A DNA stretch of 64,000 nt from Octopus bimaculoides (GCF_001194135.2 NC_068994.1:38416343-38480342); one strand, 5' to 3'; counted from the first letter of the stretch, positions 1 through 13,070 are shown. Notes: generated from the letters alone by a model not told the origin. Program-made: numbers and translations.

Positions 1-487
1 CAAAGGGGGAACTAACCAACGTTTGCTTGGAATGTTCTAGAACTTTCAACAAGGGAGATAACTGTAGTTGGCTCCCAATGAATATTTCGCAGGCTAAGAA
101 CCTGTTTCAAATAGCGTTGCCTACAGATGAAAATAGCAAACATGTTTTATTCACATCTATAGTTTACTACACTTGTGTATATATAAGAGCTCTAGTACGG
201 CTAAGAATATTATCAATTATTTAATATCCAGTGAATATAATATTCCTCTGACACTAAAACTAATTTGTGGGAGTCAAAAATTTGTATCTTGTCAATTTAC
301 TTTGTAGTATTCATATGGTGCTTCTCTTCAAAGAACTAACTGTAAAATGTATGAAAATATATAGCAGACACACCTACATTAGAGAGAACAATTTAAATGC
401 GTAATAGTGTGAGTTTTATATAAAGAAAACAATTTCAAAATATTTACTTAAGATGATTGCTCTGAAATATACATAAAACAGTTTTAT

Positions 488-752
488 GTGCAGGTGCAGG
501 TGGTACATAAAATACACCATTTTGAGCGTGGCCGTTGTCAGTACCGCCTAACTGGCCTTCGTGCCGGTGGCACGTAAAAGCACACACTACACTCTCAAAG
601 TGGTTGGCGTTAGGAAGGGCATCCAGCTGTAGAAACTCTGCCAAATAAGATTGGAGCCTGGTGTAGCCATCTGGTTCACCACTCCTCAGTCAAATCGTCC
701 AATCCATGCTAGCATAGAAGACGGACGTTAAACGATGATGATGATGATGATG
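488..752 (+). mobile_element. Retroposon-type interspersed repeat with (GAT)n tail
   Basis: Core GGTTGGCGTTAGGAAGGGCATCCAGCTGTAGAAAC ending CGTTAAAC(GAT)n; degenerate copies at ~11990-12170, ~53550-53680 and ~61340-61490. Confidence 0.65.
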
Positions 753-834
753 AGTTTTATTTCATGCAAGATCACATGAACAGATAAACATGCAACGTTT
801 TCTTTGAATTTCCAAATAAATATAAGCAACTCAC

Positions 835-3185
835 CTGCTGAGGTCTTTTTAAAGTCAGCTCATTCCATCTATCAGCTGACATATTTCTGCAGTAAATACC
901 TTCCCTGTCTACCAATGGTTGCTGAGATGGCTTCAGCTTCCTCTCCATTGTGTACTGAACTCCAGAAGGAACACAAGTAGGATCAAATATATATTTTGAT
1001 TGGTTGTTTAATGCAGGTGTAACCTTGTGGTACATATCAACACTGTTGTTATAGTTGCTATCTGTCTGCTTCAGTCTATGAACTATACAGATTGATATAG
1101 AGATCACTATAACAACTGATACTATCACAGCTGCTATAACAATAACAATCATCACATTCAATTGGAGACCATTACTTGATTCCATTGTTGTCTTTGAAGG
1201 GGTCTTAAATATCTTTGATGTGTTGTTACTAACTGTTAGAGTCAAAGACAAAGTTGTTGTTGATGACAGAACTGGACTACCACTGTCTTTCACACCTAGT
1301 TCCAGTTCATAGNNNNNNNNNNNNNNNNNNNNNNNNNNNNNNNNNNNNNNNNNNNNNNNNNNNNNNNNNNNNNNNNNNNNNNNNNNNNNNNNNNNNNNNN
1401 NNNNNNNNNNNNNNNNNNNNNNNNNNNNNNNNNNNNNNAGTGGGGATGGTAGTGGACATTAAGACTGAAAGGGTTAACATTAGGGAAACTGAAATAGGGA
1501 GCATTATCATTTAAATCCATAACCTCAACAACAACATTTGCTGTGTTCTCCAGTGATGGTGTTCCTTTATCTTTTACTAAAACCTTAAACTCATACATGT
1601 TCTTTTCTTCTCTGTCTAGTGACTCAGTTGTGGAAATAAATCCCACATCAGATATCTGAAATGGTAGAATATGTTTTCCATTAGATAACAAAGAATAGGT
1701 TAATTGTCCTCCATCTCCAATATCTGGATCTGTAGCATTGACATATCCAACAGGGAAGTCTTTGTTTTCATTTTCATAGGTTAGAAACTTAAATATGTCC
1801 TGACTAAACTGAGGTTGTACATCGTTTATGTCAGTAACCAGCATAGAAAACTGTTTCTCTACTGTCAATGGAGGTAAACCATTATCTTGACATTTAATGG
1901 TGAAATTAAAACTCTTTTCAGTCTCTCTATCTATTTCACTCTTGACAACAACTTTGTATTTCTTTTTAGACACTGAGATTAGCTGAAGGTATCTGTTTTG
2001 TAAATGGCACTTCACTTGTCCATTTGCCCCACTGTCATTGTCAGTAACTTTCACATAAGCAACAAAACTGTAAATGTGAGTTCCTTCTGAGATGACAGCT
2101 GTGTTTCCAGTTGACTCTAAGATAAATCTGACATCAATATTTGGTGGATTGTTAAGGTGACTGATACCAATAATGTGAACCATAGCTGTTGAGGACATTG
2201 ATGGTTTACCATTATCTTTGGCCTCAACAAACAATTCATAGACTTTTCCTAAGTGAAAGTCCTCATTTAAAAATATTTCTCCAGTTACTTCATCCAATTT
2301 AAAACACTGTTTCATCTTATTTAGTGTTTTAGAACTAAAAATATAAGACATTTTTCCATTTTCCCCTACATCTAAGTCTGTAGCAGACAGTCTTACAACA
2401 GGTTTATTCGGCTTGTGTGTATCATTTAAAGTAACGTAGTATGTATCTTGGGAGAACAAAGGAATGTTATCATTTTTATCTTTCACCAATATCTTTACAT
2501 CAAGTACACTTTCTTTACGTGGTGTTCCCCCATCTATGGTAATCAACAGAATAGTATAAATCTCTTTTGTCTCACGGTCTAAGTTACCTTCCAAAATTAG
2601 TTCTAATAAATCTGTTCCATCTGATTTTTTAGAAACAAGCAATTTGAAAGGAGTGTCTTCATCCTGTTTGACTTGATAAAAGAGTTTAGAATTCTGGATA
2701 CTAACATCATTATCAATGGCATTTGGTAGTATTTCTTTTGTTCCTTTCAAATCATTTTCATCAAACTGCAGGTGAAATTGCTTGCTTGGAAATATAGGAT
2801 AATTATCATTGACATCTTCTATCATAACTTTGATTTCTAATATCTTGATAAAAGAATGGTCATATTGAACTGCAATTTCCAGTATTCTGAAACATTCTAC
2901 ATTATATTGACAAAGAGTTTCTGCATCCAATATGGCAGCTGTATATAGTTGTCCTCCAGATGTAACATTAAATAACTGAACAGTTCCATCAGTACCACCC
3001 TGGAGTATTTTAAATGTCGGTTTGTTGTTGTCACCCTGAGACTGTATATTATCTACTAAGTGTGTATCAGTAACAATATCTCCAATATAGCTGTGTATAT
3101 CATTGTTCTCTTTCACATGGTAGATATGATCCACACACCAGCAACTATCAGCTATCAACAACATCAACAATATCACTGACAACAT
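835..3185 (-). CDS. Protocadherin P1, large exon (signal peptide, EC1-EC6, TM, juxtamembrane tail); N-gap 1313-1438 inside EC6; exons 3-4 lie left of the window
   Basis: ORFs 1296..3215 and 772..1293 join across the gap. Motifs: EC1 C-x5-C (LCQYNVEC), DxNDNxP linkers, LDRE, TM VIVIAAVIVSVVIVISISICIV. Acceptor ttatcag|ATTGG (exon starts 3216), ATG at 3185, donor CAG|GTGAGT at 835. Replacing the 126 N with the 166 nt seen in P2 gives 2391 nt (797 codons, in frame). Confidence 0.92.
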
Positions 3186-5510
3186 GGCTATTTTCAATAG
3201 TATATAGTTGACCAATCTGATAAAAAAAATTATATATCATTATATGTGGGTGTGCATGTATGTATGTCAATTCACTTTATAACAATATTTCTCATGAAAC
3301 CTATAACTTATATTTTGAAAATTATCAAGAATTGAGGAATTTCTCAACATTATTTATTTCCTTTTTTGAGATTATTAAATTAGTTTCTGGAATGAAATAT
3401 TCCAAACACTTTAAAACAAGTGGTTTTGTATCATGAAAACAGACAATATCAGGTTACTTGGTTATCAAAATGTTTAAGCTTATACAATCTACTGACAATA
3501 TGGATTCAAATTAAAAAGGTCAGCTAACTGTTCAAAATATGAAAACGTTTTATCATGTAGTTTCTTATTTACTTTTGCTTCAGATATATCACCATTTGAT
3601 TATCAAAACTGATCAATAGTTTTGTTAACGTGTCAAGTTTATGTCATAAGCAATGAAAACTGCAAAAACTGTCACATAATACACAGAAAGCAATCTCAAA
3701 AAGTAATATTTATGAGGGATATTTAGCAGATATTAAAGTAAATATAAAATAGCTTTCTACTAAATTTGCTAATGCATATGGGAATAATGTGTTGATCCAG
3801 CATGGCTTTGGCTATGATGAGTAACAAACTAATTCACTACAAAAACACAAGGGATTTTAATGTGATTAGATTATGCTTTCACTTGTAAAATCCCTATCAG
3901 TCGCTGGAGCAGTGCTGGGCATGTAAATCCTCAACAGAAGACTGAGAAATTCTTATATATGCTATCATTAGACTTCATCTCTTCAACTAGAGATATCCAG
4001 TTCTTGAGCCAACACAGTACTATCTGTTTTGCGGTTTTGCTTTTCTCATCATGCTTGTCTTTGTTTGGTGAGGGGGCTATTTAGGCCTCAACGAGAAAAT
4101 GTTGGAACTGAATAGCATGGAGAAAAACTGTGCGACAGAGACATTCAAATTTTTGTAGTAACATGTACAAATAATAATGGTGAAAATAATGTTAAAAATA
4201 ATGTGTGTGTTGATAAGGGAGTTCCTGGCCTATATTATGTTCATTTATTTCAATAATATATTATTAAAACCAGGAGATAACTTCAAATACATCCGATATG
4301 TGATATGAAAATTTCATTAAATTTATTTTATGATTTCTCTCAATGGGCGTAAAATTGTGTGTGTGTATGATATTACAAACACTGTGCCTATGTATGTGTG
4401 TATATATAATGTACTGTGTGTGCATGCCATAATGTTATGGGTCTATGTGTATCTGTATGTATATGTTTGATCTAATACTGAGTGTCAATGTGTATATAGT
4501 CAAGTACTATTTGTCAATGTGTACGTGGTGGTCATATGAGTGAAGGAGCTCACTGAATTAAAGCAACAAAGCAAATACCAGTAATTTATTTAGGTTAATT
4601 CAGTCAGATACTTTACTAATAGAACTCCCACCACACATACAAAAACACAGAACTCGATCAAACACAGCTTTAGACCATGTACACATCAAACTGAAATCAA
4701 ATCATAAAATAGATGACATGTATAATGAGTTATTGACAGAGACACTACCTAGTCTCTTACACCGCTAAAAATGTCTAGATATATCAGACCCTACTGTTTC
4801 ATATAAGTAGATGTATTAGATATCCTGTCTCTTTTGAGACATGTGTGAATATTATCTAACATGGCCTGTCATGTCTTCATGTAAGATAGCAGGTAAATTT
4901 AGTTGCTATTTCTAACAGGCTGAGCGACTGCATCAAAGCAACCTTGTATTTCTTGATGGTGCAAAACCTTAGTTTAGAACCAGTGTTTACTCCAACTTCT
5001 TTTAAATGTCGAAGTTATTCAGTAGCTTAAAGAACAATTTCTTCATTATTTGCCAGGCCTTATTGACAAAACAAGAACAGTTAAGAATTATCTCCCCTTA
5101 TCTCAATACGGAACTCCTATTTGTAATGGAAATTCTAATAATATATTCTAACTTTACTTATATAACTACAAATGAAAAAGTGTAATTTCATGAGTACTCT
5201 GTTAAATTTCCATTCTTATTATAGTCTATACTTACTCAAATTCTAATGAAAATTCTGATTAGTTTTACAATACTAAATAAAACATTATTAATAAAACCAT
5301 TTCAAAAGATTAAATAGTTCAAAAACTACAANNNNNNNNNNATAAAAAAAAAACATTATTAGAGGACAAGTTTAAGTTTTTACTATAAAGAATGATAACA
5401 ATCAAGTCTTTTGCTTTTTTTTTTGTTTTCTTTTGGCAAGATGGTAGAACTTGGTAAGGTTTCTGTCAACTAAATAAGCAATTCACACATGAGGATAACT
5501 TTTAATAAGT

Positions 5511-5767
5511 ACTTACCAACAGTTGTCAGTTGCTTATACAGTTGTTACTGTGCTGTTTCAGTGTTCTTGCAACAAAGTTATAATAGAGGTAGTTCTGAGC
5601 AGTTTGATATGTGATAGTGTTATGTAGTTCTATGAAGTTGGATGTGTAGTATGTAATGTGTGTTGTAGCCAATGACAAGCTGTCTTTTATTCTAATGCAA
5701 GGAAACGGAAGTACAGCATCCAGTTCTTGCAGTTAATGATGGGTTGACTCACAAATTAGTTTACTTT
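5511..5767 (-). promoter_or_regulatory. Putative promoter + non-coding exon 1 of P1
   Basis: One of six ~260-bp homologous blocks, one per gene. TGACTCA (5745-5751), CGGAAGT (5706-5712), TAGCCAATGA (CCAAT at 5669-5673), then donor TTG|GTAAGT at 5517. Confidence 0.72.
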
Positions 5768-5836
5768 CACCTCACACACTTACATATACTTGTGTGTTGG
5801 TAATTTGTACATAAATTGAAGGGATGAAAATAAATA

Positions 5837-6040
5837 TTAGGTTGGTGCAAAATAACTGCGGCTTTTTTTTCAATAACTTTATTCAACAAAAAATTTAAAC
5901 AAAACGCCAAGCAGAAATTGAAGTAAATGGTGAATATGCACTGGTATAATCATTTAAAGATGTTTTTGTTAAATGTTGTTATTGTTTTTCTTGAATAAAA
6001 TTTATTGAAAAAAAGATGCAATAATTATGCCCCAACCTAA
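5837..6040. mobile_element. Mariner-derived MITE (~204 bp)
   Basis: Ends TTAGGTTGGTGCAAAA...TGCCCCAACCTAA with TA on both sides. The TIR resembles the Hsmar1/MADE1 type; subterminal A/T runs are also inverted. Confidence 0.8.
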
Positions 6041-6649
6041 TAATATCTGAAAGGTTTATGTCAAGCAATATATTCATTATTTTAGATAAACTTTTACATT
6101 TGAAAATAATGTTTTAATCCTAAAGGAAAAAAAGTCATTTCTATTATTTCAAGAAAAGTTTACAAAAAGTTTGTATTTCGATAGTTTTTAACTTTTTACT
6201 GATTTTATATATGTCATATATTTAAAAAATTCTTTACAAGATTTTTGAAAATAATTCTTAAACAGTTAATCTGTTTATTTAATTACCTGGAATATGAAAG
6301 TACTGCTTTGAATAATGAATAATTTTTTTTTTAAATGCAATTATGAAAGGAAGAGTCAAATATTCCTTTACAAAAACAGCTGCTAATAAGAGCATTAAAC
6401 TCTTGCAAGTTTGGCTTATTGTATCTAATTTGATCGATTATTAAAAATTTTATATGTTGTTTTAAGAAATATTTAGGTTGATTAAATTTGTGGTTGTAGA
6501 TTAATAATATAAACTGTACGGTAGTGTTGTGCCACCTTTCTGCCTTATAGAGATATAGTTACTAAAATTTTCTTCCACGTTTTATATTTCTAATTTAATT
6601 TGATTAGTGCAAATAATGGTGGTCCATAATTTTTATTCAAGGTATGGAG

Positions 6650-6969
6650 TTAGTTTTGCACTGAAGATGGGGGAGGTACCTGTGATATTGAATGTACCTT
6701 TGGTAGTGTTGTTACTTTAGGTACAGCTGGTAGAGGTGGTTGACAGTTTGAAGTAAACTGACTTGTCATTGGCATTGAAGATGGTTGATCAGTTATGTCA
6801 GACGCGTTACCAGTTATATTCAAAGGTATTTGGTCATGGTAGGAGAAAGTGTTAGTGTCAACGTTTGGTTGATATTGATAGCCATTGTTATCTCCCCTTG
6901 ATCTGTTGAGCGTGTTTGGTGTTTGATTTCTCCTATTCCATGTGTGGTCACTTTGATAATGACGCAGAT
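6650..6969 (-). CDS. P2 terminal cytoplasmic exon 4 (DLRHYQSDHTW...PPLPAVPKVTTLPKV...VQN*); full P2 ~953 aa
   Basis: tatttctag|AT acceptor, phase 1 (G|AT=Asp), open to TAA at 6650. Homologous exons occur in P3-P6. Confidence 0.88.
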
Positions 6970-7827
6970 CTAGAAATAGATTGATTTTTAGGAAGTAAAT
7001 GTGGTAGAAGTTATACTGAATCAATTTTTAACGTTCATGAACACAACTGTATTTTAAGCACTTTTAGACCATACAGTGCTAATAATTTTGTGCATAGTTC
7101 CCAGGTTTGGCAGAATATCATTTTGTAATGCCACTGATAATTAACAAGAACTAAAATTGTTATCTTTTTTGCTTAACTTGTTTGTTGAACCATAACCATA
7201 CACCAAAATATTACTAAAATATATTTAAAATGTTAGTGAGTATATATTCATAAAAAAAAAACACTACTACAATTAATTTCAAAGTAAATGTTCCTTGTTC
7301 GAATCCAGTCCAGTATTACATGTATATTCAGAAATTAAACACTTGATCACTCAAATTAAACTAATCAAAACACCAAAATATAATGTATGTATAGCCAAAG
7401 CAGTCTCACACAGAAATGAGTATCACTTAATAATAACATGTATCATGATTTCACTTGATGCTGTTATGAGCAGGCACAGACAATATCTTGGCCCTCCTAC
7501 CCATTGAGCTAATGGAACATTAGAGATGTGATAGGTAAAGAGAGCAATGGCTACATTAGCACTTGCATGGTACTCATTTCTGCTGAGTAGATGAGTGCAG
7601 CATTAAATTATATACCTTGTTCAAGGACACAAGACACTTTCTAGTACAGAAACTGGACCCATAACTTTATGATTTTGAGCCCAACATTCTGCTACTGGGC
7701 TATTAAAAAACGTTGGCTCTCTAAAGATAAATTTGATAGTCAAGAGTAATTATGACTGTATTAATAATACTCATCATCAGTAGCATACATGTTACTAATG
7801 TAGAAACATTCAGTGTCTCTAACTTAC

Positions 7828-7978
7828 CTGGCAATTCTTCATAATGTCCAGCACTGCCGACACTCCATCTATGACCACTATCAATGTGAGATGACAATGT
7901 TGACCTCTCACTGAATCGGTCAGTACCATTAAGTTCTCTGTAACCTGGAGACATACTTTCTTCTCTTGAAACAAACAT
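7828..7978 (-). CDS. P2 cytoplasmic exon 3 (151 nt, MFVSREESMSPGYREL...GHYEELP)
   Basis: ctatccag|ATG acceptor and CCAG|GTAAGT donor. Homologous 151-nt exons recur in P3-P6, and the phase matches exon 2. Confidence 0.88.
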
Positions 7979-8501
7979 CTGGATAGAATTACATAAATCC
8001 AGTGTATCATCATAAAGTTTTACACTTATAAAATTAAACAAATACACAGCACAAGAGTTTAAACATGATATTAAAATATATGTTGGACTGTTTTTAACAT
8101 TTATAGAATAAATATACTTTTACTTTATGACACAGATATGACCATATCATAGAATATACAACATAGAAATAAATTTCATAATCATCAAAGAAAGCAACTG
8201 CATTGTGAATTTTACAATATTTGTTTTGCTTTATTTTATTTTTTTATTTTTTATATTTTTTGTTTTTGTTTTGGAAACAATCTATTAGATTTATTTAGAT
8301 TCAGTATTATATAACTACAACTAATAATTGTTTAGTTACTTTTCATTGATATTCAGGATCATGAAAAGTATTTTAAAGAATAAGGATTACATGAGAATAC
8401 TTTTACACAATAAGGAATTTAGTTTTGATTTTGGCAAAAGAAACAGAAGATGTATGATATTTTGCATTCAATTGTTTTAAGAAGTCTATCAATTATCTTA
8501 C

Positions 8502-10892
8502 CTGTGCATGAGGTCTTAAAACTGAGTGATCCCATCTATCACTTGCCGTGGTTCTATAGTGAAATTCTTCTGTATCTACTGATGGTTGTTGAGATTTCTT
8601 CAGATTTCTCTCCATTGCGTACTGAACTCCAGGAGGAACACAAGTAGGATCAAATATATATTTTGATTGTACGCTTAATGTAGGTGTCACTGTGTGGTAC
8701 ATATCAACACTACTATCATAGTTGCTATCTGTCTGCTTCAGTCTATGAACTATACAGATTGATATAGAGATTACTATAACAACTGACACAATCACAGCTG
8801 CTATAACAATAGCAATCATCACACTAGACTGGAGACCATTACTTGATTCTGTTGTTGTCTTTGAAGGGGTCTTAAATATCTTTGATGTGTTGTTACTAAC
8901 TGTTAGAGTCAAAGACAATGTTGTTGTCGATGACAGAACTGGACTGCCACTGTCTTTCACACCTAATTCCAGTTCATAGAATCCAGCATCGTTTTGGTAA
9001 GGTGAGCGAGAGAAAGATAAGGCACCAGAGTGATGGTTCATTTCAAATAAGTTTTTCTCATTTCCTCTGAGTATTTCATATGTGAGGAAGGCATTGTGTT
9101 GACTGTCTCTGTCAGAGGCCCTAACAACTGTGATATCATGGTCAGAGCGGGGATGGTAGTGGACATTAAGACTGAAAGGGTTAACATTAGGGAAACTGAA
9201 ATAGGGAGCATTATCATTTAAATCTATAACCTCAACAACAACATTTGCTGTGTTCTCCAGTGATGGTGTTCCTTTATCTTTTACTAAAACCTTAAACTCA
9301 TACATGTTCTTTTCTTCTCTGTCTAGTGACTCAGTTGTGGAAATAAATCCCACATCAGATATCTGAAATGGTAGAGTATCTTTTCCATTCGTCAACAGAG
9401 AATAGGTTAATTGTCCTCCATCTCCAGTATCTGGGTCTGTAGCATCAACATATCCCACAGGGAAGTCTTTGTGTTCATTTTCATAGGTGAGGAACTTATA
9501 TATGTCTTGAATAAACTGAGGTTGTACATCATTTATGTCAGTAACCAGCATAGAAAACTGTTTCTCCACTGTCAATGGAGGTAAACTATTATCTTGACAT
9601 TTAATGGTGAAATTTAATCTCTTCTCACTCTCTCTATCTATTTCACTCTTGACAACAACTTTGTATTTCTTTCCAGACAATGAAATTAGCTTAAGGTATT
9701 TATTTTGTAAATGACACTTCACTTGTCCATTTACTCCACTGTCATTGTCAGTAACTTTCACATAAGCAACAAAGCTGTGAATTTGAGTTCCTTCTGAGAT
9801 GACAGCTGTGTTTCCAGTTGACTCTAAGATAAATTTGACATCAATGTTTGGTGGATTGTTAAGGTGACTCATTCCATTAATAAGAACAGTGACAACAGAG
9901 GTCATTGGTGGTTTACCTTTATCACTGGCTTCAATGAATACTTCATAAAATTTTCGAAACTGAAATTCTTTTTTCAAAAATAGCTCTCCTGATGTTTGAT
10001 TTAAAATAAAGAATTTCATATCTTTTTCTGAAGTAAGAGGACTAAAATTATATACAATCGCTCCATTATCACCTTTGTCTAAATCCATTGCTGATAAAAT
10101 GACAATAGGTTTAGTTCTCTCTTGTGTCTCATTTACTGTCACCTTGTAGATATTCTGGGAAAATACAGGAGCATTGTCATTTTTATCTTCTACTAATATC
10201 CTTAAATCCATTAGCCCTTTCTTAGAATGAGATCCCCCATCTGTAGCAATTATTTGAAGATTATAAGTTTCCTTTCTCTCTCTGTCTAATCGTTTCACTA
10301 AAAGCAATTCAATTTTACTTTTCCTATTAGAAACTTTTGAGACCGACAATTGAAAAGTATTTTCCTGGTTATTCCTCAGTTGATAAGAAATATTTGAGTT
10401 CTGAATAGTGACATCTTTATCAAAGGCATTTGGAATGATCTCTTTTATTCCTTTTGGGGTACTTTCATCAAAGAGGATATGAAATTCCTTATCTGGAAAT
10501 ATGGGATAATTATCATTGACATCTTCTATCATAACTTTGATTTCTAATAACTTGATAAAAGAATGGCCATGCTGAACTGCTATTTCCAATATCCTGAAAC
10601 ATTCCACATTATATTGACACAGAGTTTCTGCATCCAATATGACAGCTGTATATAGTTGTCCTCCAGATGTAACATTGAATAACTGAACATCTCTGTCAGT
10701 ACTATGCTGCAGTATTTTAAATGAAAATTTGTTGCTATCATCCTGAGACTGTATATTATCCAGTAAGTTTGTATCACTGACAATATCTCCAATATAGCTG
10801 TGTCTATCATTGTTCTCTTTCACATGGAAGATATGATCTACACACCAGCATCTGTTAGCCATCAGGAGCACCAACATTATCATTAACAACAT
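8502..10892 (-). CDS. Protocadherin P2, large exon (SP, EC1-EC6, TM, juxtamembrane)
   Basis: Uninterrupted 799-aa ORF with six cadherin repeats and a TM. Acceptor ttttcag| (exon starts 10923), ATG at 10892, donor CAG|GTAAGA at 8502 (phase 0). Confidence 0.95.
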
Positions 10893-12807
10893 GGCTGATA
10901 TCTTATGTGTAAGTGTAAACGAGCTGAAAAGAAATCAAATATATAAAAAAAAAGATGGTATATTATCTCTAGTTTACATATTTATGTTATTTATTTTGAG
11001 TACTATATTCATATGAACTTCCTTTTGGCATATTATATAACTATGCAGATGTAACAATGGAATCATTTATAAAATTAAAAATATCTACAATGACAACTTT
11101 GTTTCTTTTGTTCTTTTTTTTTTCAATTATACATCATTATTGTTGTTGTCAAAATGATCTATTTTTAACTTACTTGGCTAGAAGCAAATGATGTAAGATT
11201 CAGTAGAGACTTCGTCTTAGAAATCATATATTAACTACATAACATGAAAGTAACACAACAAGATCATAAATTCAAAAGTACTCCCTCCTCTTCAAATACA
11301 TTTTAATCCTATATATCAGAGAGAATAAAGTTAACTTCCTTCCATTCCAATGCATATTATCGATGAATTATTTTCAACCTGCCTGTCAGACACTTTAGTA
11401 TGAAGCAGACTTACTTGTCTTTGGCCAGAATAGTTTATCTCTGAATTCTCCCATTTAAACATTAGTCATTTATTTTGCCCAGACAGGTTCCCTCTCATGC
11501 TCAAACCTAATTATGTCCTGTGTAACAGCTATGCCATATTTGATTAGAAACGAAGTATTCTTCAACTTCTGTGGGACACAAAGCACCTCTCTCTTGCCTG
11601 TTTCCCTTTGCCTCATCCTCAACATATCTCTGATCTACCTCCAAGACTCACCACCACATTTCATTTTCCATCAATGACTCTCAGGATTTCTTTTCACCCA
11701 TGTCTTTTCCTGTCCCCTTTTTCTCACAACTTCTGCCCATATTTGCCCTCATATAGTGTTAGATAACCTTAGACATCCTTCCCTTGACACAACCCACACT
11801 ATGTCCTTTCAACTCCGTCCCTCCTTGTGTTACCAATCCCTTTCCGCTTCCTTGTTTCTCCTCTCCCCCTCATTTCCTTTTACATAACCTCCCTCAGCCT
11901 TCCATCTAGGACATCTCTCACTCTCTTTTGTTCTCCTTCAGATATGGGGGCCACTTTCTGCCTTTAGCCTTGCAAGTCACTACATGATCATCACTCTTGT
12001 TGGTATCATGTAAAAAGCATCCAGTACCCTCTGTAAAGTAGTTGGTGTAAGGACATCTGGCCATATAAAGCATACTAAAGTGAACACTAATACATGATAT
12101 AGTCCTCTGACTTGTCAGACCCTGTCTAATCTCTGTCAGTATGGAAGCTTGACATTAAGTTGATGATGTTTTATTTGAAGTGAAACAAAAGTTTGTCACC
12201 ATTCTTCAAATATTACAAACTGTTATAGCTTAGAACTGACACAAACTTGGAATGTATTCTAATGACAACTATTTATTTTATGTACTGGCTAGTTCACAAC
12301 CTAAGAGAAACAACCTCATCTTTATCTGTTGCCCCAACACCTGGTCCATGTATGCCAGTAGTAGAGCTCACTCAGTTGCAAGCATTCAGTAATGTCTCCA
12401 TTTTGAGGATAAGTTACTCCAACAAGTCTAGAAGGTACTGAAAAAAGTGGGCCAAGTGGTGCGGTCCCCTCTTTCTCAGATGAAGCAGTTAAATAAACAA
12501 ATGAATAATCAAGTAAATAATCTTAATAGTCAATTATATCACTATTTTTGCCTGAGTCTACTCCTACATTAGTAATAACATAGGATAAAGATATTCTAAA
12601 TATTATACAAAAAAAAGCTAATTATATTAGTATTCATTTCTCATCTTATAATAAATAAATATCTATATAAAATATATTCTATAAGAGCCAATTCATGACT
12701 TTACCAAACTGTCTGAGCTAGTGAAATCACTTTAGTAAGACTTTTGCAGAAAGATGTTGCTAAATGTCTATATAAGTAATTTACATATAGTAGAAACTTC
12801 TAAAAAT

Positions 12808-13070
12808 ACTTACCAATAGTTGTCTATTGTATATACTGTTGTTATTGTACAGTTTCAATGTTCTGGTAACAAAGTGTTGTAGTAGTAGCAGGAGTTCTGA
12901 GTAGTTTGGTATGTAATAGTGTTATATAGTTCTATGAAGTTGGTTGTGTAGTATGTAATGTGTGTTGTAGCCAATGACAAGTTGTCTATTATTTCAATGC
13001 AAGGAAACGGAAATACAGCCTCCAGTTCTTGCAATTAATGATGGGCTGCCTCACAGACTAGTTTACTAAC
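12808..13070 (-). promoter_or_regulatory. Putative promoter + non-coding exon 1 of P2
   Basis: Same block; donor at 12814; AP-1-like site altered to TGCCTCA, ETS-like CGGAAAT. Confidence 0.72.

Noticed and set aside
1296-1438. Apparent frameshift or truncation of P1, P5 and P6 ORFs (pseudogenes?)
   Set aside because: The breaks coincide with N gaps whose lengths are estimates; substituting the P2-equivalent length restores the frame in all three.
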